NCBI GenBank assembly: GCA_014905635.1 | Contig: JABVCE010000003.1 | Span: 62,001 to 126,000, forward strand | DNA length: 64,000 bases | Direction: 5' to 3' | Origin: Scenedesmus sp. PABB004 | Taxonomy: Eukaryota | In this document: positions 48,768 to 60,445 of the stretch, piece after piece | Layout of the letters: every line of letters begins with the position of its first letter | How positions within the stretch are numbered: position 1 is the first letter of the stretch | Notes under the pieces: model-generated | The model's database searches: none | Seen by the model: only the letters and a program-made list of their open reading frames with translations | What the model was told of the DNA's origin: nothing | Position numbers and translations under genes: made by a program

Positions 48768-51160
48768 ATGGACGGCTACTACCGCGGCAGCAGCTACCGC
48801 GGCGGCTGGCGCGGCGGCCGCAGCAGCGGCGGCAGCGGCGGGCGCTACGACGACCGCGGCTACGACGGCGGCGGCCGCGGCGGCGGCTACTACGACGACC
48901 GCGGCGGCGGCGGCGGCCGCGGCAGCGGGCGCTACAACGAGCAGTATGACCGCGGCGGCCGCGGCGGCGGGCGCTACGACGACCGCGGCTACGACGGCGG
49001 CGGCGGCGGCCGCGGCGGTGGCTACTACGATGACCGTGGCGGCGGCGGCGGCCGCGGCGGCGGCTACTACGACGACCGCGGCGGCCGCAGCAGCGGGCGG
49101 CACAGCTGGGGCCGTGAGTGGCGCGCGGGCTGAGGGGCGCGCCACGGCGGCAGACGCGCGCCGGGCGGGCGGCGCGCGGCGCGCATCCATGCGGGGCGCA
49201 TGCACATGCGCCCCGCAGCAAGCGCCGGCCGCCGGCGAGCGCTGAGCGGCCCTGCCTGCGCCGCCGTGCTGCAGGGCGGGGATACAGCAGCGGGCGCGGG
49301 CCGCCGCCGCCGCAGCGGCGGCGAGACACGCTGCCGGACGACGTGGCCCTGGTGGCGGAGCTCAAAAAGCACGAGCGGGTGCGCCCGCGCAGGGGGCGCT
49401 GCCGGCAGGGCGCGCGCGCGGCGCCCCGGCGCCCCTGCAGCGGCTTCTTGGCGTGGCGGGCTGGCGCGGTTTGGGGGGGGTGGCAGCCAAGCCGGGCGGG
49501 CGCTCGCCTGACCGCGCGCCGCCCCGCGCTGCCGCCCTGCCTGCTGGCGCAGCAAGTGAGCTGCATCTTCTACGACCCGGGCACCGCCCAGATCTACTCC
49601 GGCAGCAGCGACGGCATCGTGTGCGCCTGGAGCTGCGAGTCGGGGCAGGTGCGCGCCCCCGCCGGCGCCGGCACCCGCCGGCCGCGCACGGCGCGGCGGC
49701 GGCGCGCACCCACACGGCCCGCCGCCCGCCCGCCCGCCCGCCCGCCCGCCCGCCCGCCCGCCCGCCCGCCGCCCGCCCGCCCGCCCGCCCGCCCGCCCGC
49801 CCGCCCGCCCGCCCGCACACACCATGCCCGCGCGAGCAGCTGGTGAGCAGCGAGGTCGTCGCGCCGTTTGGCGTGGACAGCATCCGCGTGGAGGGGCCGT
49901 TTATGTTTGTGGGCATGTCCAAGGCCGAGGAGGGGATCATCAAGGTCTGGAACCTCACCACCGGCGCGACCCACCTGCTCACGGGGCACAAGGGCCAGGT
50001 GTACGCCCTCGCCGTCGCGGGCAACAACCTGCTGTCGAGCGGCCAGGACTGCTCCATCCGCGTGTGGCAGCTCAACGAGGCGGCGGGCATCTTCATGTCG
50101 GTGGTGCGTGCAATGTCCCACACAGCGCGCACAGCGCACAGCACGCGCGTCCTAAACCCTGGGCAGGGGCGGGGGCAGCGTCCTTGCGTGGGTCCGGCGG
50201 GTGTGGGACACGCCTGCGCCTGCGCCCGGCGCACGAGCCCCGTGCCGCGGCCGCGGCCGCCGCTGCGGCGCAGGCCATCCTCAACGCGACGAGCGGCGAC
50301 GGGCACAAGCACGGCGTGCACAGCCTCGCGGCGCTGGGGCAGTTTATGTTCTCCGGCGACCGCGGCGGCGTGATCAAGGTCTGGGACATGGCCGCGGGCG
50401 CGTGCGTGCAGACGGTGCCGCGCGCGCACGACAACGCCGTCACCGCGATCATGGGCTGGGGCGAGGTGCGCGCCGCGCGCCGCGCCGCGGGGTGCGCATC
50501 CGGGCGCGAAGCGCTGCCGCGCGCCGCCGCACGCTGGCCGCGTCGGCCCGCCCCGCGGCGGCCCGCCCACGCCCACGCCCTTGCCTGCCCCGCGCGCCCT
50601 TGCCTGTTCGTGCACGCCCGCCCCCTCAGAACTACCTGCTGACCGCGAGCATGGACGGCAGCATCAAGGTCTGGTCCCCCAGCGCCGGCTTCCCCGCGGA
50701 GGTCATCAGCCCCACGCCAGAGTTCAAGTACCCGGAGGACGAGCCCCCGCAGGGCGGCAGCTCGCGCAGCTACCGGCGCCCGGTGCGTGCGCCGCGCGCG
50801 CGGGCTCGGGCCTGGACGGCGCGCCGCGGCGGCGCCCGCGCCCGCCTCCGCGCCTCGACTCTTGGCTGACCCTGGCCGGCGCGCCTGCGCCCCCGCTCGC
50901 GCCGCGCCGTGCGTCAGGAGGGGTCGCCCATCATCACCATGGTCTGCTCCCCCGACGCGGCGGGCAAGAGCGTGCTCGCGGTGTCGAGCGCGCGCGAGCG
51001 GTCGGTCAAGCTGCTCGAGCTGCCCGCCTTCACCGAGCGCGGCGTGCTGCCCGACGTGCTCGAGTGCCGCGCGCTCGCTGCGCTGCCGGAGCACATGCTC
51101 GTCGGCGACAAGGGCGGCACGATCAAGATCTTCAAGTGGAAGCCCGCCGCGCCGATGTGA
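48768..51160 (+). CDS. WD40-repeat protein with N-terminal RGG/Tyr-rich low-complexity region
   Basis: MDGYYRGSSYRGGWRGG...(YDDRG)n. WD40 repeats IYSGSSDGIVCAW, GHKGQVYALAVAGNNLLSSGQDCSIRVW, MFSGDRGGVIKVWD, LLTASMDGSIKVW. Confidence 0.88.
48830..49090 (+). repeat. Coding tandem repeat (GGRYDDRGYDGGG / GRGGGYYDDRGG units)
   Basis: Near-identical copies of GGCTACTACGACGACCGCGGCGGC and GGGCGCTACGACGACCGCGGCTACGACGGC. Confidence 0.85.
49718..49815. repeat. (CCCG)n microsatellite in an intron
   Basis: Over 20 near-perfect CCCG units. A similar tract lies at ~26761-26820. Confidence 0.9.
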
Positions 51161-51459
51161 CGCGCGCGCGCGCTGCAGGCGCAGCGCCGCGCCGCGCGGC
51201 ACGCGGCGGCGGCGGCGGGGAGCCACACGTGCGAGCTGCTGGGCGAGAGGGGGGGCGGGCAGGGGGGGGGGGGTGGGGCAGTTGAGCGGGATGCGAGAGG
51301 GGCGGCCGGGCCGGACTGCGCACAGCGGCGCAGGCTGTGGGCGGTGTGTCGCGTGAGAGCGTTTGGGCAACGAGCGCACGTGAACAGGCCTTGCCAAGCA
51401 CTCCTTCCCAAGCAGCCCCCGTTCCACCCCACCCCAGTTGCTTCAGTCACGCGCGCCGA

Positions 51460-53135
51460 TCACGCCGCCGCCGCCGCGACGCGCGCGCCGCTCGGCGGCG
51501 GGCCCTGCCGCGGCGCAAAGCCCGGCAGCGCGTAGTTGATGCGCCGCGCGAGCTGCCCGCTGATGTTGAGGCTCGCCGCCGTCCAGCTCGGGGGCGAGGC
51601 GCCGAGGAAGTTGCCGACGTCGACGTTGGAGAAGCGCCCGGCGTCAAAGATGAGCACCACCGCGCCGGGCGTGGGCCCCACGTTGCGCAGGTAGTGCCCG
51701 CTGCCGCGCGGCGCAAAGCCGAGGTCGCCCGGCCGCAGCACGCCGCTCGCCGACGCGCCCACGGCGGTGAAGACGCCCACCTGGCGCACGCGCGGCGGCG
51801 CGCGGGCGGCGTGCAACGACGCCGCGGCAGCCACACGGCGGCGCGGCGGCCCGCGGCGCTGCGGGGGCGCTGCGGGGTCGCACCTCGAACGTGCCGTTGA
51901 GCACGTACTGCCACTCGTTGATGCCGAGGTGCCAGTGCAGCTGGCGCATGCCGCCCGCCGCGATGCGGACGAGCGCGCCAGACATGTCGGACGACACGGG
52001 GAAGCGCGTGACGTCAACCATGTTGACCGTGCTCCCGTCGGCGTTGACCACCTGCGCCGGGCGGCGGCGGTCGCGGCGGCGGTCGGCAGCCGCCCCGCGC
52101 GCGGGGGCGCGGGGCGCGGAGATGCGCAGGGAGGGGCGGTGCGCGCGCGCGGCGGCGCGCGGCGCACCTCGGGCGTGTTTTGGAGCAGCGGGAAGCGGTG
52201 GATGAGCTGCGGCCACTGCCGCTGCGGCAGCGCGGGCGCCTCGCGCAGCAGCTCGCCGAGGTCGCCCAGGCCGATGAAGTTTGCCGCCTTGCCAGGGTTG
52301 GCGTCCAGCACCTGCTGCGCCGACGCGGCGCTGAGGCCGAGGCCCTGCCGGGGCACGCGCGCGCGCGGGCGGGGGCGGCGGCGCCGGGTGAGCGTGAGTG
52401 TGCGGGCGCGCGCGGGCGGGCACAGCGCGGGCGGGCGCGGTGCGCGCGGGCGCGGTGCGCGCGGCACGCGCAGCGCCGGCCACCTGCGCGAGCGCGTCGA
52501 CGGGCACGGTCGCGAGCCAGGCGGACGCGCCGAACGCCTCGAGCTCGTTGAGGGTGGGGCTGTTGTACGCGGTCACGTACGTGCAGCCGCGGCGCCCCGC
52601 GCCCAGCACCGCGTGCGGGACGTTGCGCGGAAAGTACCAGACGTCGCCAAACGTGAAGTTCCAGGCGTCGCTCGCGTGCGTCACGCCCTCGTCGGTCGCG
52701 ACCGCCCTGGCGCGGCGCGGCGCGGGGCGGCGGGTGGGGCGCGGCGCGCGCGGGCCCGGCGGCGCGCGCGGCGCGGCGCGGCGCACATGCAGGTGCCGTC
52801 CAGCACCATCGCCCACTCCGCGGCGTCGTGCCAGTGCAGCTCGCGCAGGCCGCCGGGCTTGAGCTCGAAGACCGCGCCCGCCATCGTCGTCGCGGTCAGC
52901 GTGGCCGCCGTGCTCGCCTTGAAGCGGCCGCCCGCAAACTCCTGCCAGGGGACCTGGCTGAAGCGCTCGATGAACTGCGCGGCGCGCGCCGCGGGCGGCG
53001 TCGCGACGCCGCCGCGGCAGCGCGGCGGCGCAGCGGCGAATGGCGCGCCGCACGCCGCACCTCGTCGCCCGCCACGGCCGCGATCGCTGAGGCAGCCACG
53101 ATCAGCACCAGGTGCAGGCCGGCCCGGCGCGCCAT
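51460..53135 (-). CDS. oxdC: Secreted oxalate decarboxylase-like bicupin
   Basis: Signal peptide MARRAGLHLVLIVAASAIAAVA. Two Mn-binding cupin motifs: PGGLRELHWHDAAEWAMVLDG...GDVWYFPRNVPH and GGMRQLHWHLGINEWQYVLNG...GDLGFAPRGSGHYLRN. Confidence 0.9.
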
Positions 53136-53419
53136 CGTGGGCAGCAGGGCGCCGACGCGGGCGGCAGCGGCAGCGACCAAAGGAAGAGTGGCGGCAGCGA
53201 TCAGCGGCGCAGCGGCAGGTTCTGAGCTGTGCGAGCCGCGGGAGGGACTGGGAACGAGATGTGGGGAGCAGGGGCGCCAGGCGCGAGCTTCGCGGCCGGG
53301 CAGGCAGGCGGGCGCGGCGGTTGCGGTTCCACAACTGAGCCGTCGCGCCTGCAGGCGCGGGAGGTGGCGCCGCTTATCGAGACGTTTGCCCACCACCGCA
53401 TCAGCGCCAGCAGCGGCGG

Positions 53420-53457
<38 letters not shown>

Positions 53458-53648
53458 GCGGCGGCGGGAGCGCACCCCTCCCTGCGCTGCCGCCCGCCCG
53501 CTCGCTGGCCTGGTTTCTCCTGACCCGCACAGGCCGTGCCGCCGAGCGGCCGGCTCAGCGCCCGCGAGCGCGACCGCGCCGCGAGCGATGGCGCAGCAGC
53601 GGCGGCGCCGGTGGCCGCGCGCGCGGGCGTAGCGGGCGGCGCGCCGCC

Positions 53649-56105
53649 ATGCTGCGGGCGGCGGCGGCGGCGGCCCTGCGGCACGCCGCAGGCGCAGCCG
53701 CCCTGGGCCGCGCGGCGCCGGCCGGCGGGGGAGCGCAGGTGCGTCTGCGCGCACGCTGCCGCCGCCGCTGGCGGGCGTGGCGGGCGCGGCGGGCCGCCGA
53801 CGCGCGCCGCCGGCGCGCGCCCGCCGCCCGCCCGCAGGCGTGCTCGAGCCCGCGGCGGCGCGCAGCAGCAGCTGGCGCCTGCGGCAGCAACTCGCGCCGG
53901 TGACGACGCGGCCGCTGCGGCGCGGGCCGGCGGCCCCGCCGCACCACCACCACGGCGCGGCCGGCGGCGGCGACGCCGCGGCGTCGCCCGGGGCCGACGC
54001 GCGCGCGGCCGCGCTGCGCACCGCGCTGGAGGGCGCGGGGCTGAGCTTCTCGGCGATGGTCGCCGCGCTGCGCTACAGCGAGCGCCACCCGCTGCGCGCC
54101 GAGGCGACGTCGCGCGCCGTGACCGCGCTGCAGGCCCACTTTGGTCGCGCGACGGCGAGCGACATGGTGACGCTCGCGCCGAGCCTGCTCGCGCGCTCGC
54201 CGGAGCGCATGATCGCCCACTTTGAGGGCCTCACCGCGGTGCTGGGCGCGGGGCGGGCCTTCGCGCTCGAGGTGCTGCGCCGCGCGCCCGACCTGCTGCA
54301 GCACAAGCCCGAGCTCGTGGGCGCCAAGCTCGAGGCGCTGCAGGCCATGTTTGCGGTGCGCCGTGGCGCCCGCCCGCGCGCACGCGCGGCCGCGGCGCCG
54401 CGCAGGCGCCGGCGCCGGCGCGGCGGTGCGCGGCCGACGCCGGCGTCGGCGCGCCCCCGCGCCGCCGCAGGTGCCGCGCGGCGCGGTGCTGCGGCTGGTG
54501 CGCAAGGCGCCGATGCTGCTCAAGTGCCAGACGGCCAAGCTGCGCCCCCACCTCGACTTCCTCGCCGCCGCGGGCGGCCTCGACGCGGCGCGCTGCTTCC
54601 GCGTCTACCTCAGCTGGCCAGTGCTCGCGACGACGACGCTGGAGCTGGTCAAGCAGCGGTGCGCGCGGCGCGGCGGCGGCGGCGCGCGCGCCCGCGCCGG
54701 CCCGCCCGGCGCCGCGCCGGGCGCCGCGCCTGCGGCTGGCCGCGCGCGCCCCACGCGCCGCGCGCCGTCGCCGGCGGCGCCGCAGCTACCTGGGCCTGCA
54801 GGCGCTGCTGGGCGCAAGCCCCGACGAGATGCGGCGCATCGTGCGCGTGTGGCCAAACATGCTCGGCCGCGACCCGCTGCAGCTGGAGGCCAACATCGCA
54901 ACGCTCGCCGAGCGCGTGGGCGTGAGCAAGGTGCGCCGCCGCCCCTGCGGCCCGCGCGCCGCCGCCGGCGGCTGCGCTCGACGCGCCCGCCCGCCCGCCT
55001 GCCTGCCGCGCCGCGCGCCGCGCCGCCGCGGCTGTGCAGGAGGCCATGGTCGGCATGGTCCGCCGCGAGCCGGGTCTGCTGAGCTGGAGCACCTCCACGC
55101 TCGTGCACCGCGTCGTGGGCGTGAGCCAGGTGCTCAAGCTGCCGCCGGAGCTCAGCCTCACGCTGCTCACGTACCACCGCCCGCTGCTGTCCAACGTCGA
55201 CACGCTGCCGCGCAAGCTGGAGGTGCTGCAGCGCGTGCTCGGCCTCCCGGGTGCGCCGCCGCCGCCGCCGCCGCCGCCGTCGCCGCCGCCGGCACGCAGC
55301 GGGCCACCGCTGCCGCAGCGCGCCCGCCTGACGCCGCGCGACGCCGCGCGACGCCGCCGTGGCGCGGGCGCAGAGGCGGAGCTCTACCCCCTCGTCCACC
55401 GCCACCTAACTATGCTGCGCTTCCCGGTCGCCGCGGTGGAGGGCAAGCTGGCGTGCGTGGCCGCGCTGTCGCGCCTGCACGCGCCCTGGGCGGCAGAGTG
55501 GGCCGCCGCAAACGTGCCGACGCGCGTGCGCGCCATCCAGGCGGGCTGGTCGTGCCACTGGCGGCTCGTGTTCCTGCTGCAGAGCGGGCAGCAGGGCAGC
55601 TGCCTGCTGGGCACCGCGCTGCGCCTCAACCACGCGCGCTTCGCCCAGCTCTACCCAGGGTTCAAGCCCTGGCTCAACCGGTAAACCCCACGGGGCGGGG
55701 CGCGCCGGCCCCGCGTGCGAGCGCGTGCCCGCGCGCCGCTGGCCGACCTTGCGCCGCCGCCCACCCTCCCGCGCACCGCGCCGCGCAGGTACAACGAGGC
55801 GGTGACGGCGCAGGACGTCCCCGTGCTCGCGTCCGTCGCTGCGGCGGCGGCGGCGGCGGCGGCCCCGCCCAGCGGCGGGCGGGGCCGCGGCCGCAGCCGC
55901 GGCGCGGCGGGTGCGGAGCTGCTGCAGCCGCTGGAGGGGCCCGCCATCTTCACGCCCGTGCTGCTCGACGCGAGCCTGGGCAAGGCGCTGCACAGCGGCA
56001 GCCTCTACGTGCGGCACAAGGCCGCCGCGCTGTCAAACCAGGCCGGCGCGGCCGGGGTGTCCGGACCCGAGCAGCTGGGAGCGGACGGCGCAGGCGGCAG
56101 CGGAG

Positions 56106-56147
<42 letters not shown>

Positions 56148-57082
56148 GCAGCAGCAGAGGCAGTGGCAGAGGAGGCGCCGACAGTGGCGCAGGCGCCGCC
56201 GCTGCCGCCCCCGCGCTGGCGGAGCTGCCGTCACCAGCCAGGCGGCTGGCGGCGTGGCTCGGCATCGACGAGCCCGCCGCGGCGCAGCTGCTGGCACAGC
56301 CCCGCATGGCGCGCCTGTCTTGGGCGGCGTGGTCGGGCCGGCTGGCGGCCGCCACGGGCCTGCTGGAGGCGCTGGGGCACTGCCCGCCACGCGAGCCGCT
56401 CGATGCGCCAGCCGGCAGCAGTGGCGCCGCCGTCGCCGCCGCCGCGCTGCCGGAGCTCGCGCCGCAGCCGAGCAGCCCTCTGCTGCTGAGGGGCGGCCGG
56501 GCGTTCGCCAGCCAGCGGCGGCACACGCTCAACCGCAGCCAGCGGGCGGGCGAGCCCGCGCCGCCGCCGGCGCCGGGCGAGCGCGCGCTGGGCCCGGCGC
56601 AGCAGGCGCTGGAGGCCGCGCTGGCGAGCCGGCAGTCGCAGGCGGTCGCGGGCGTGGCGGTCGCGTGCGAGCTGGCGCCCTTTGCGCCCGCGCTGTGCCC
56701 GCCGCCGCAGCCGCGGCCGCCGCCGGCGGTCGTGGAGCTCGTGCGCGCGGCGCCGCACGTGTTTGTGCGCGCGAGCTTCGAGGCCAACGCGCGCGCGCTC
56801 GCCGCGCTCGCGGGCGCGAGCGCGCACCTGCGGCGCGAGCTCGCCGCGCTGGCGCCGCGCGAGCTCGCCGCGCTGCTCGGCTGCCCCAGCCCCCGGCTGC
56901 GCTTCCTGCAGTACCTGGTGCACACGGGCCAGCCCCCGCCGTGGGCGGTGGGCCTGCGGCAGCTGCTGCTCAGCACCAAGTGGTACGGCCGCCTCGGCGC
57001 GCTGCCGGGCGGGCAGCGCCAGCAGTTTGCCGCCGCGTACCCGGGCTTTGCCGACTGGGAGGCCGCGATGGCCCGCCTCTGA
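53649..57082 (+). CDS. mTERF-repeat organellar nucleic-acid-binding protein
   Basis: Mitochondrial-type presequence MLRAAAAAALRH. Repeats VLRRAPDLLQHKPELVGAKLEAL, LVRKAPMLLKCQTAKLRPHLDFL, IVRVWPNMLGRDPLQLEANIATL, MVRREPGLLSWSTSTL. Confidence 0.78.
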
Positions 57083-57304
57083 CCGCCTCTGGCCGGCGCG
57101 GTGCGAGCGCGCGGCCGCGGCGCGACGGCGGCCGCGCGGCGCGCGGCGCAGCCTCGGACCCTCCTCGGTAACCACTCGTTACCCTGCCGCAAAAACGCGC
57201 TTGAATGTACAACCGCAGCCGCCGCCGCCGGCGCGCGCGGCCGGCGGGGAGGGCGTGTCGCAGCCCTCCGCCCGCGCGGCGCGCGCGCGCGCGCGCCCGC
57301 CGGG

Positions 57305-58276
57305 TCACAGCCCGTGGTGCCAGGGCTTGCCCTTGCGCTGCGGGCCGCCGTCAGCGCCCTTGCGCTGCGGCATGGGCAGGCCGCGCAGGCGCGCGTAGAC
57401 CTGGCGCGTGGAGAGCATCTCGACGACCAGCACGCGCCCCGTCTTGCTGCTGCCGCGCAGGAGCGTGAGGTTGTTGTGCCGCAGCGAGAGGCACTTGGCC
57501 ATGAGCACCATGACCTCAGCGTTGGCGCCCTCGTGCGACGCGCTGCCCGTGATGGCCACGCGCACCGCGTCGGCGCTGATCTTGCCGACCGCGCTGTGCG
57601 GCTGCCGGTCCTCCAGCTCCAGCGTGACCTCGACGTTGCCGCTCTCGCCGACGCGGATGCACGGCGGCACCGGGATCTTGTCGCCAGCGCCTGCGGCGGC
57701 GGCGGCGGCGGTGCGCGTGGGCCGGCGGCGGCGGCGAGGGCGGCGCGCGGGCGGCGCGGCAGCAGCGCGTTGCCGGGCGCGGCGGCGGCGGCCGCGCGCG
57801 CCTGCTTCGCGGTCGTAGCTCGTGACCGCGCGGTCCATGATGTAGACCAGGCCGTCGCGCGCGTCGCACGTGTAGGCCACGGGCAGGCTGCCTACGTTGA
57901 GGCGGCGCTGCCGCTCGACGCGGCCGTCGCTGCGGCGGAGCAGCTTGGTGCCGCCGTCGGTCGTGAGCAGCTGCAGCGCGTGCTCGCCCGTGTCCAGGAT
58001 GCGCGCGTTGTCGGTGCGCCGCCGCGGCAGCGTGTCGATGTCCACATCTGCGGCGGCACGGCGCGGGCGCGGGCGCGTGGGCGTCGCGCGCCGGCGGCGC
58101 CGCCGCCGCTGCTCGGCCGCCGCCGCCGCTGCTCCGCGCCGCGCCGCCGCGCGGCGCCGCGCACCTGTCGTGAAGGCGTGCTTGCCCGAGTACTTGCAGT
58201 AGTACACGAACAGGTGCGCGCCCTCGGTGCGCGGGGCGTCGTTGCTGGTGTAGATGAGGGTCGTGCGCTTCGGCAT
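57305..58276 (-). CDS. STEEP1/CXorf56-like domain fused to DUF167 (UPF0235/YggU-like), plant At5g63440-type
   Basis: MPKRTTLIYTSNDA...LFVYYCKYSGKHAFTT|DVDIDTLPRRRTDNARILD...KLLRRSDGRVERQ. C-domain PVPPCI...ISADAVRVAI...GANAEV...LTLLRGSSKTGRVLVVE. Confidence 0.85.
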   Translation of the reverse strand: MPKRTTLIYTSNDAPRTEGAHLFVYYCKYSGKHAFTTGARRRAAARRGAAAAAAEQRRRRRRRATPTRPRPRRAAADVDIDTLPRRRTDNARILDTGEHALQLLTTDGGTKLLRRSDGRVERQRRLNVGSLPVAYTCDARDGLVYIMDRAVTSYDREAGARGRRRRARQRAAAAPPARRPRRRRRPTRTAAAAAAGAGDKIPVPPCIRVGESGNVEVTLELEDRQPHSAVGKISADAVRVAITGSASHEGANAEVMVLMAKCLSLRHNNLTLLRGSSKTGRVLVVEMLSTRQVYARLRGLPMPQRKGADGGPQRKGKPWHHGL

Positions 58277-58873
58277 CGCGCCGTCGGCGGCGCCGCCGCG
58301 CGGCGGCGCTGCGGCTGCGGCTGCGGCCCCGGGACCGGCGAGCGGCGGGTCCTGGACGGCGCCGGAGGGGCGGGGCGGCGCGGTATCGGGCGCCTGGCGG
58401 CGGGGGCGGGCGGTGCTGCTGCAGCAGCAGCAGTCGCGGCGCGCGTGAGGCAGGTGCGGCTGGGCGGGCTCGTGGGTGGTCGGGTCGGGTCTGGCGCTAC
58501 TCGGAGCTCGCGTGGGCGGGCTGCATGCGCCCTTCGCGGCATGACACAGAGCGCCCGCTGAGCGTCCTACCACGCTTTTGCGGCCCCCACACGCCCGCGC
58601 GCTCCGTCTCCCGCAGTTCCCTGAGTGAGAGCGCACGCCCCGGCCAGCGAAACACACACGCGTGCGCGGCAGGCGTCGCAGCGCCGATCATCAGCGCCGG
58701 CCGCGCGCCCCCACAGCCCTGCGTGCTTGCGCGGTCAATCCCACCCCGCTGCCAGCGTGGCCCGTGCTCTAGAACTGCCAGCTGCGGCAGCGGCGGCGGC
58801 GGCGGCGGCAGCGCGCAGCGGCGGCGGCGGCAGCAGCGCGGCGCGGCGCGGCGCAGCGGCGGCCCGCGGCGCG

Positions 58874-59979
58874 ATGGCGTACCCGCAGCAGCAGCAGCCG
58901 GCGCAGGCGGTGGAGCACGGGCGCGAGCCCTGCCCCGACCGCATCCTGGACGACATCGGCGGCGCGTTTGGCATGGGCGCCGTCGGCGGCGGGCTGTGGC
59001 ACACGTACCGCGGGCTCAAGAACTCACCCAAGGGCTACAAGCTGCTCGGCACGCTCGACGTGCGGCGCGGCGCGCGGCGGGGCGCGGTGGGGCGGGGTGC
59101 CGCGCGCGCGCACCGGGCGCGCTGACCATCGGTCGCCGCCGCGCCGCGCGTGCGTGCAGACCATTCGGCGCGAGTCGCCGCGCGTGGGCGGCAACTTTGC
59201 CAACTGGGGCCTCATGTTCTCCGTCTTTGACTGCACCTGCCTCTACGTCAGGAAAAAGGCGCGCCGCGCAGCGCGCCGACTGCCGCTTGCACCCCCCCCC
59301 CCACCCTCACCCACCCTCACCCACCCTCGCCCACCCTCACCCACACCCTCACCCACCCTCACCCACACCCTCACCCTCACCCTCACCCACACCCTCACCA
59401 CACCACAGGAGGACCCCTTCAACGCCATCATGGCCGGCGCGCTCACCGGCGGCTTCCTGCAGCTGCGCTCGGGGCTGCGGCCCGCGTTCCGCTCCGCCGT
59501 GTTTGGCGGCGTGCTGCTGGTGCGCGCGCCGCGGCGCGCCGCCGCCGCGGCGCCGCCGCCCGCGCAGCGAGCGCGCCGCCGTCGGCGCCACCGCTCAGCG
59601 CCCGCCGCCGCCGCCGCCGCCACCGCCGCAGGCCATCATCGAGGGCCTCGGCATCACCCTGAGCAAGATGGCCTCGCCGCCGCCCCCCAGCATGCCCTTC
59701 CCGCAGCCGGGCATGCCCGGCGGGCCGCCGCTGGGCGCGGAGGGCCTGCCGGGCCTGCCGCCGCCGCCGCTGCCGCTCGGCGGCGACGCGGCCGGCGCGG
59801 CCGCCGCGCCGGGCGCCGCGGGCGGCGAGGGCGGCGGCGGCTGGTGGTCGTGGCTGACCGGCGGCGAGGAGCAGGCGGCGCCCGCAACCACCAAGGTGCA
59901 GACCTTTCACGACGAGGGCTTCGTCCCGCCGCCGATGCCGGCGGAGAGCTCGTTCGGCGGCGGCGGCGGCGCCAAGTAG
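58874..59979 (+). CDS. TIM17: Mitochondrial inner-membrane translocase subunit Tim17
   Basis: EHGREPCPDRILDDIGGAFGMGAVGG, PRVGGNFANWGLMFSVFDC, RKK|EDPFNAIMAGALTGGFLQLRSG, GGVLL|AIIEGLGI. Confidence 0.96.
59292..59403. repeat. Intronic (CCACCCTCAC)/(CACCCT)n tandem repeat
   Basis: About 110 bp of C/A-rich repeats filling most of Tim17 intron 2. Confidence 0.9.
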
Positions 59980-60445
59980 CCGGCGGCGGCGACGAAGCGG
60001 GCACGGCGCAGACGGGGGCGGGTCCGCCGCGGCCGCGGCGGCGCACTTGCAGGGCGGGGCGCGGCCTGCGCGCCGCGTGGGCGCGCGGGCCTCGCCCGTC
60101 ATCTGCGGTGCGGCCGTGGATGACGACGAATAAACGACAGCGGCGGGGCGGGGCGCGCGTGCACGCGCGCGCGGCAGGATGAGTGAGCGGTCTGGTGGAC
60201 TGTGCGGAATGAGCGCGGCGCCGGCCTGCCTGCGACAGGGCGAGCAACAGACAACTGGCGGCGAGCGCGCGCGCTTCGGGGCACTGCGGAAAACCTCCGC
60301 GGGCGCTCCGCAAACGCACTGATGCGTGCCATGCTACGATCATCCGTCGCGCCGCGCGCCTCACGCGTCGATCTGCGTGCCCGCCCGCGCGGCCCGTCAG
60401 CCAGCCAGCGTGGCCCTCCTGAACCATCTCGCCGCCACCGCTCGC

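Noticed and set aside
48830..49090. CRISPR-like repeat/spacer pattern
   Set aside because: The repeats are in-frame coding units of a eukaryotic RGG domain, with no unique spacers and no cas genes.
27400..53135. Functional cell-wall cluster (peroxidase, expansin-like, oxalate enzyme)
   Set aside because: The genes are more than 9 kb apart and separated by unrelated housekeeping genes. Nothing in the sequence indicates co-regulation.
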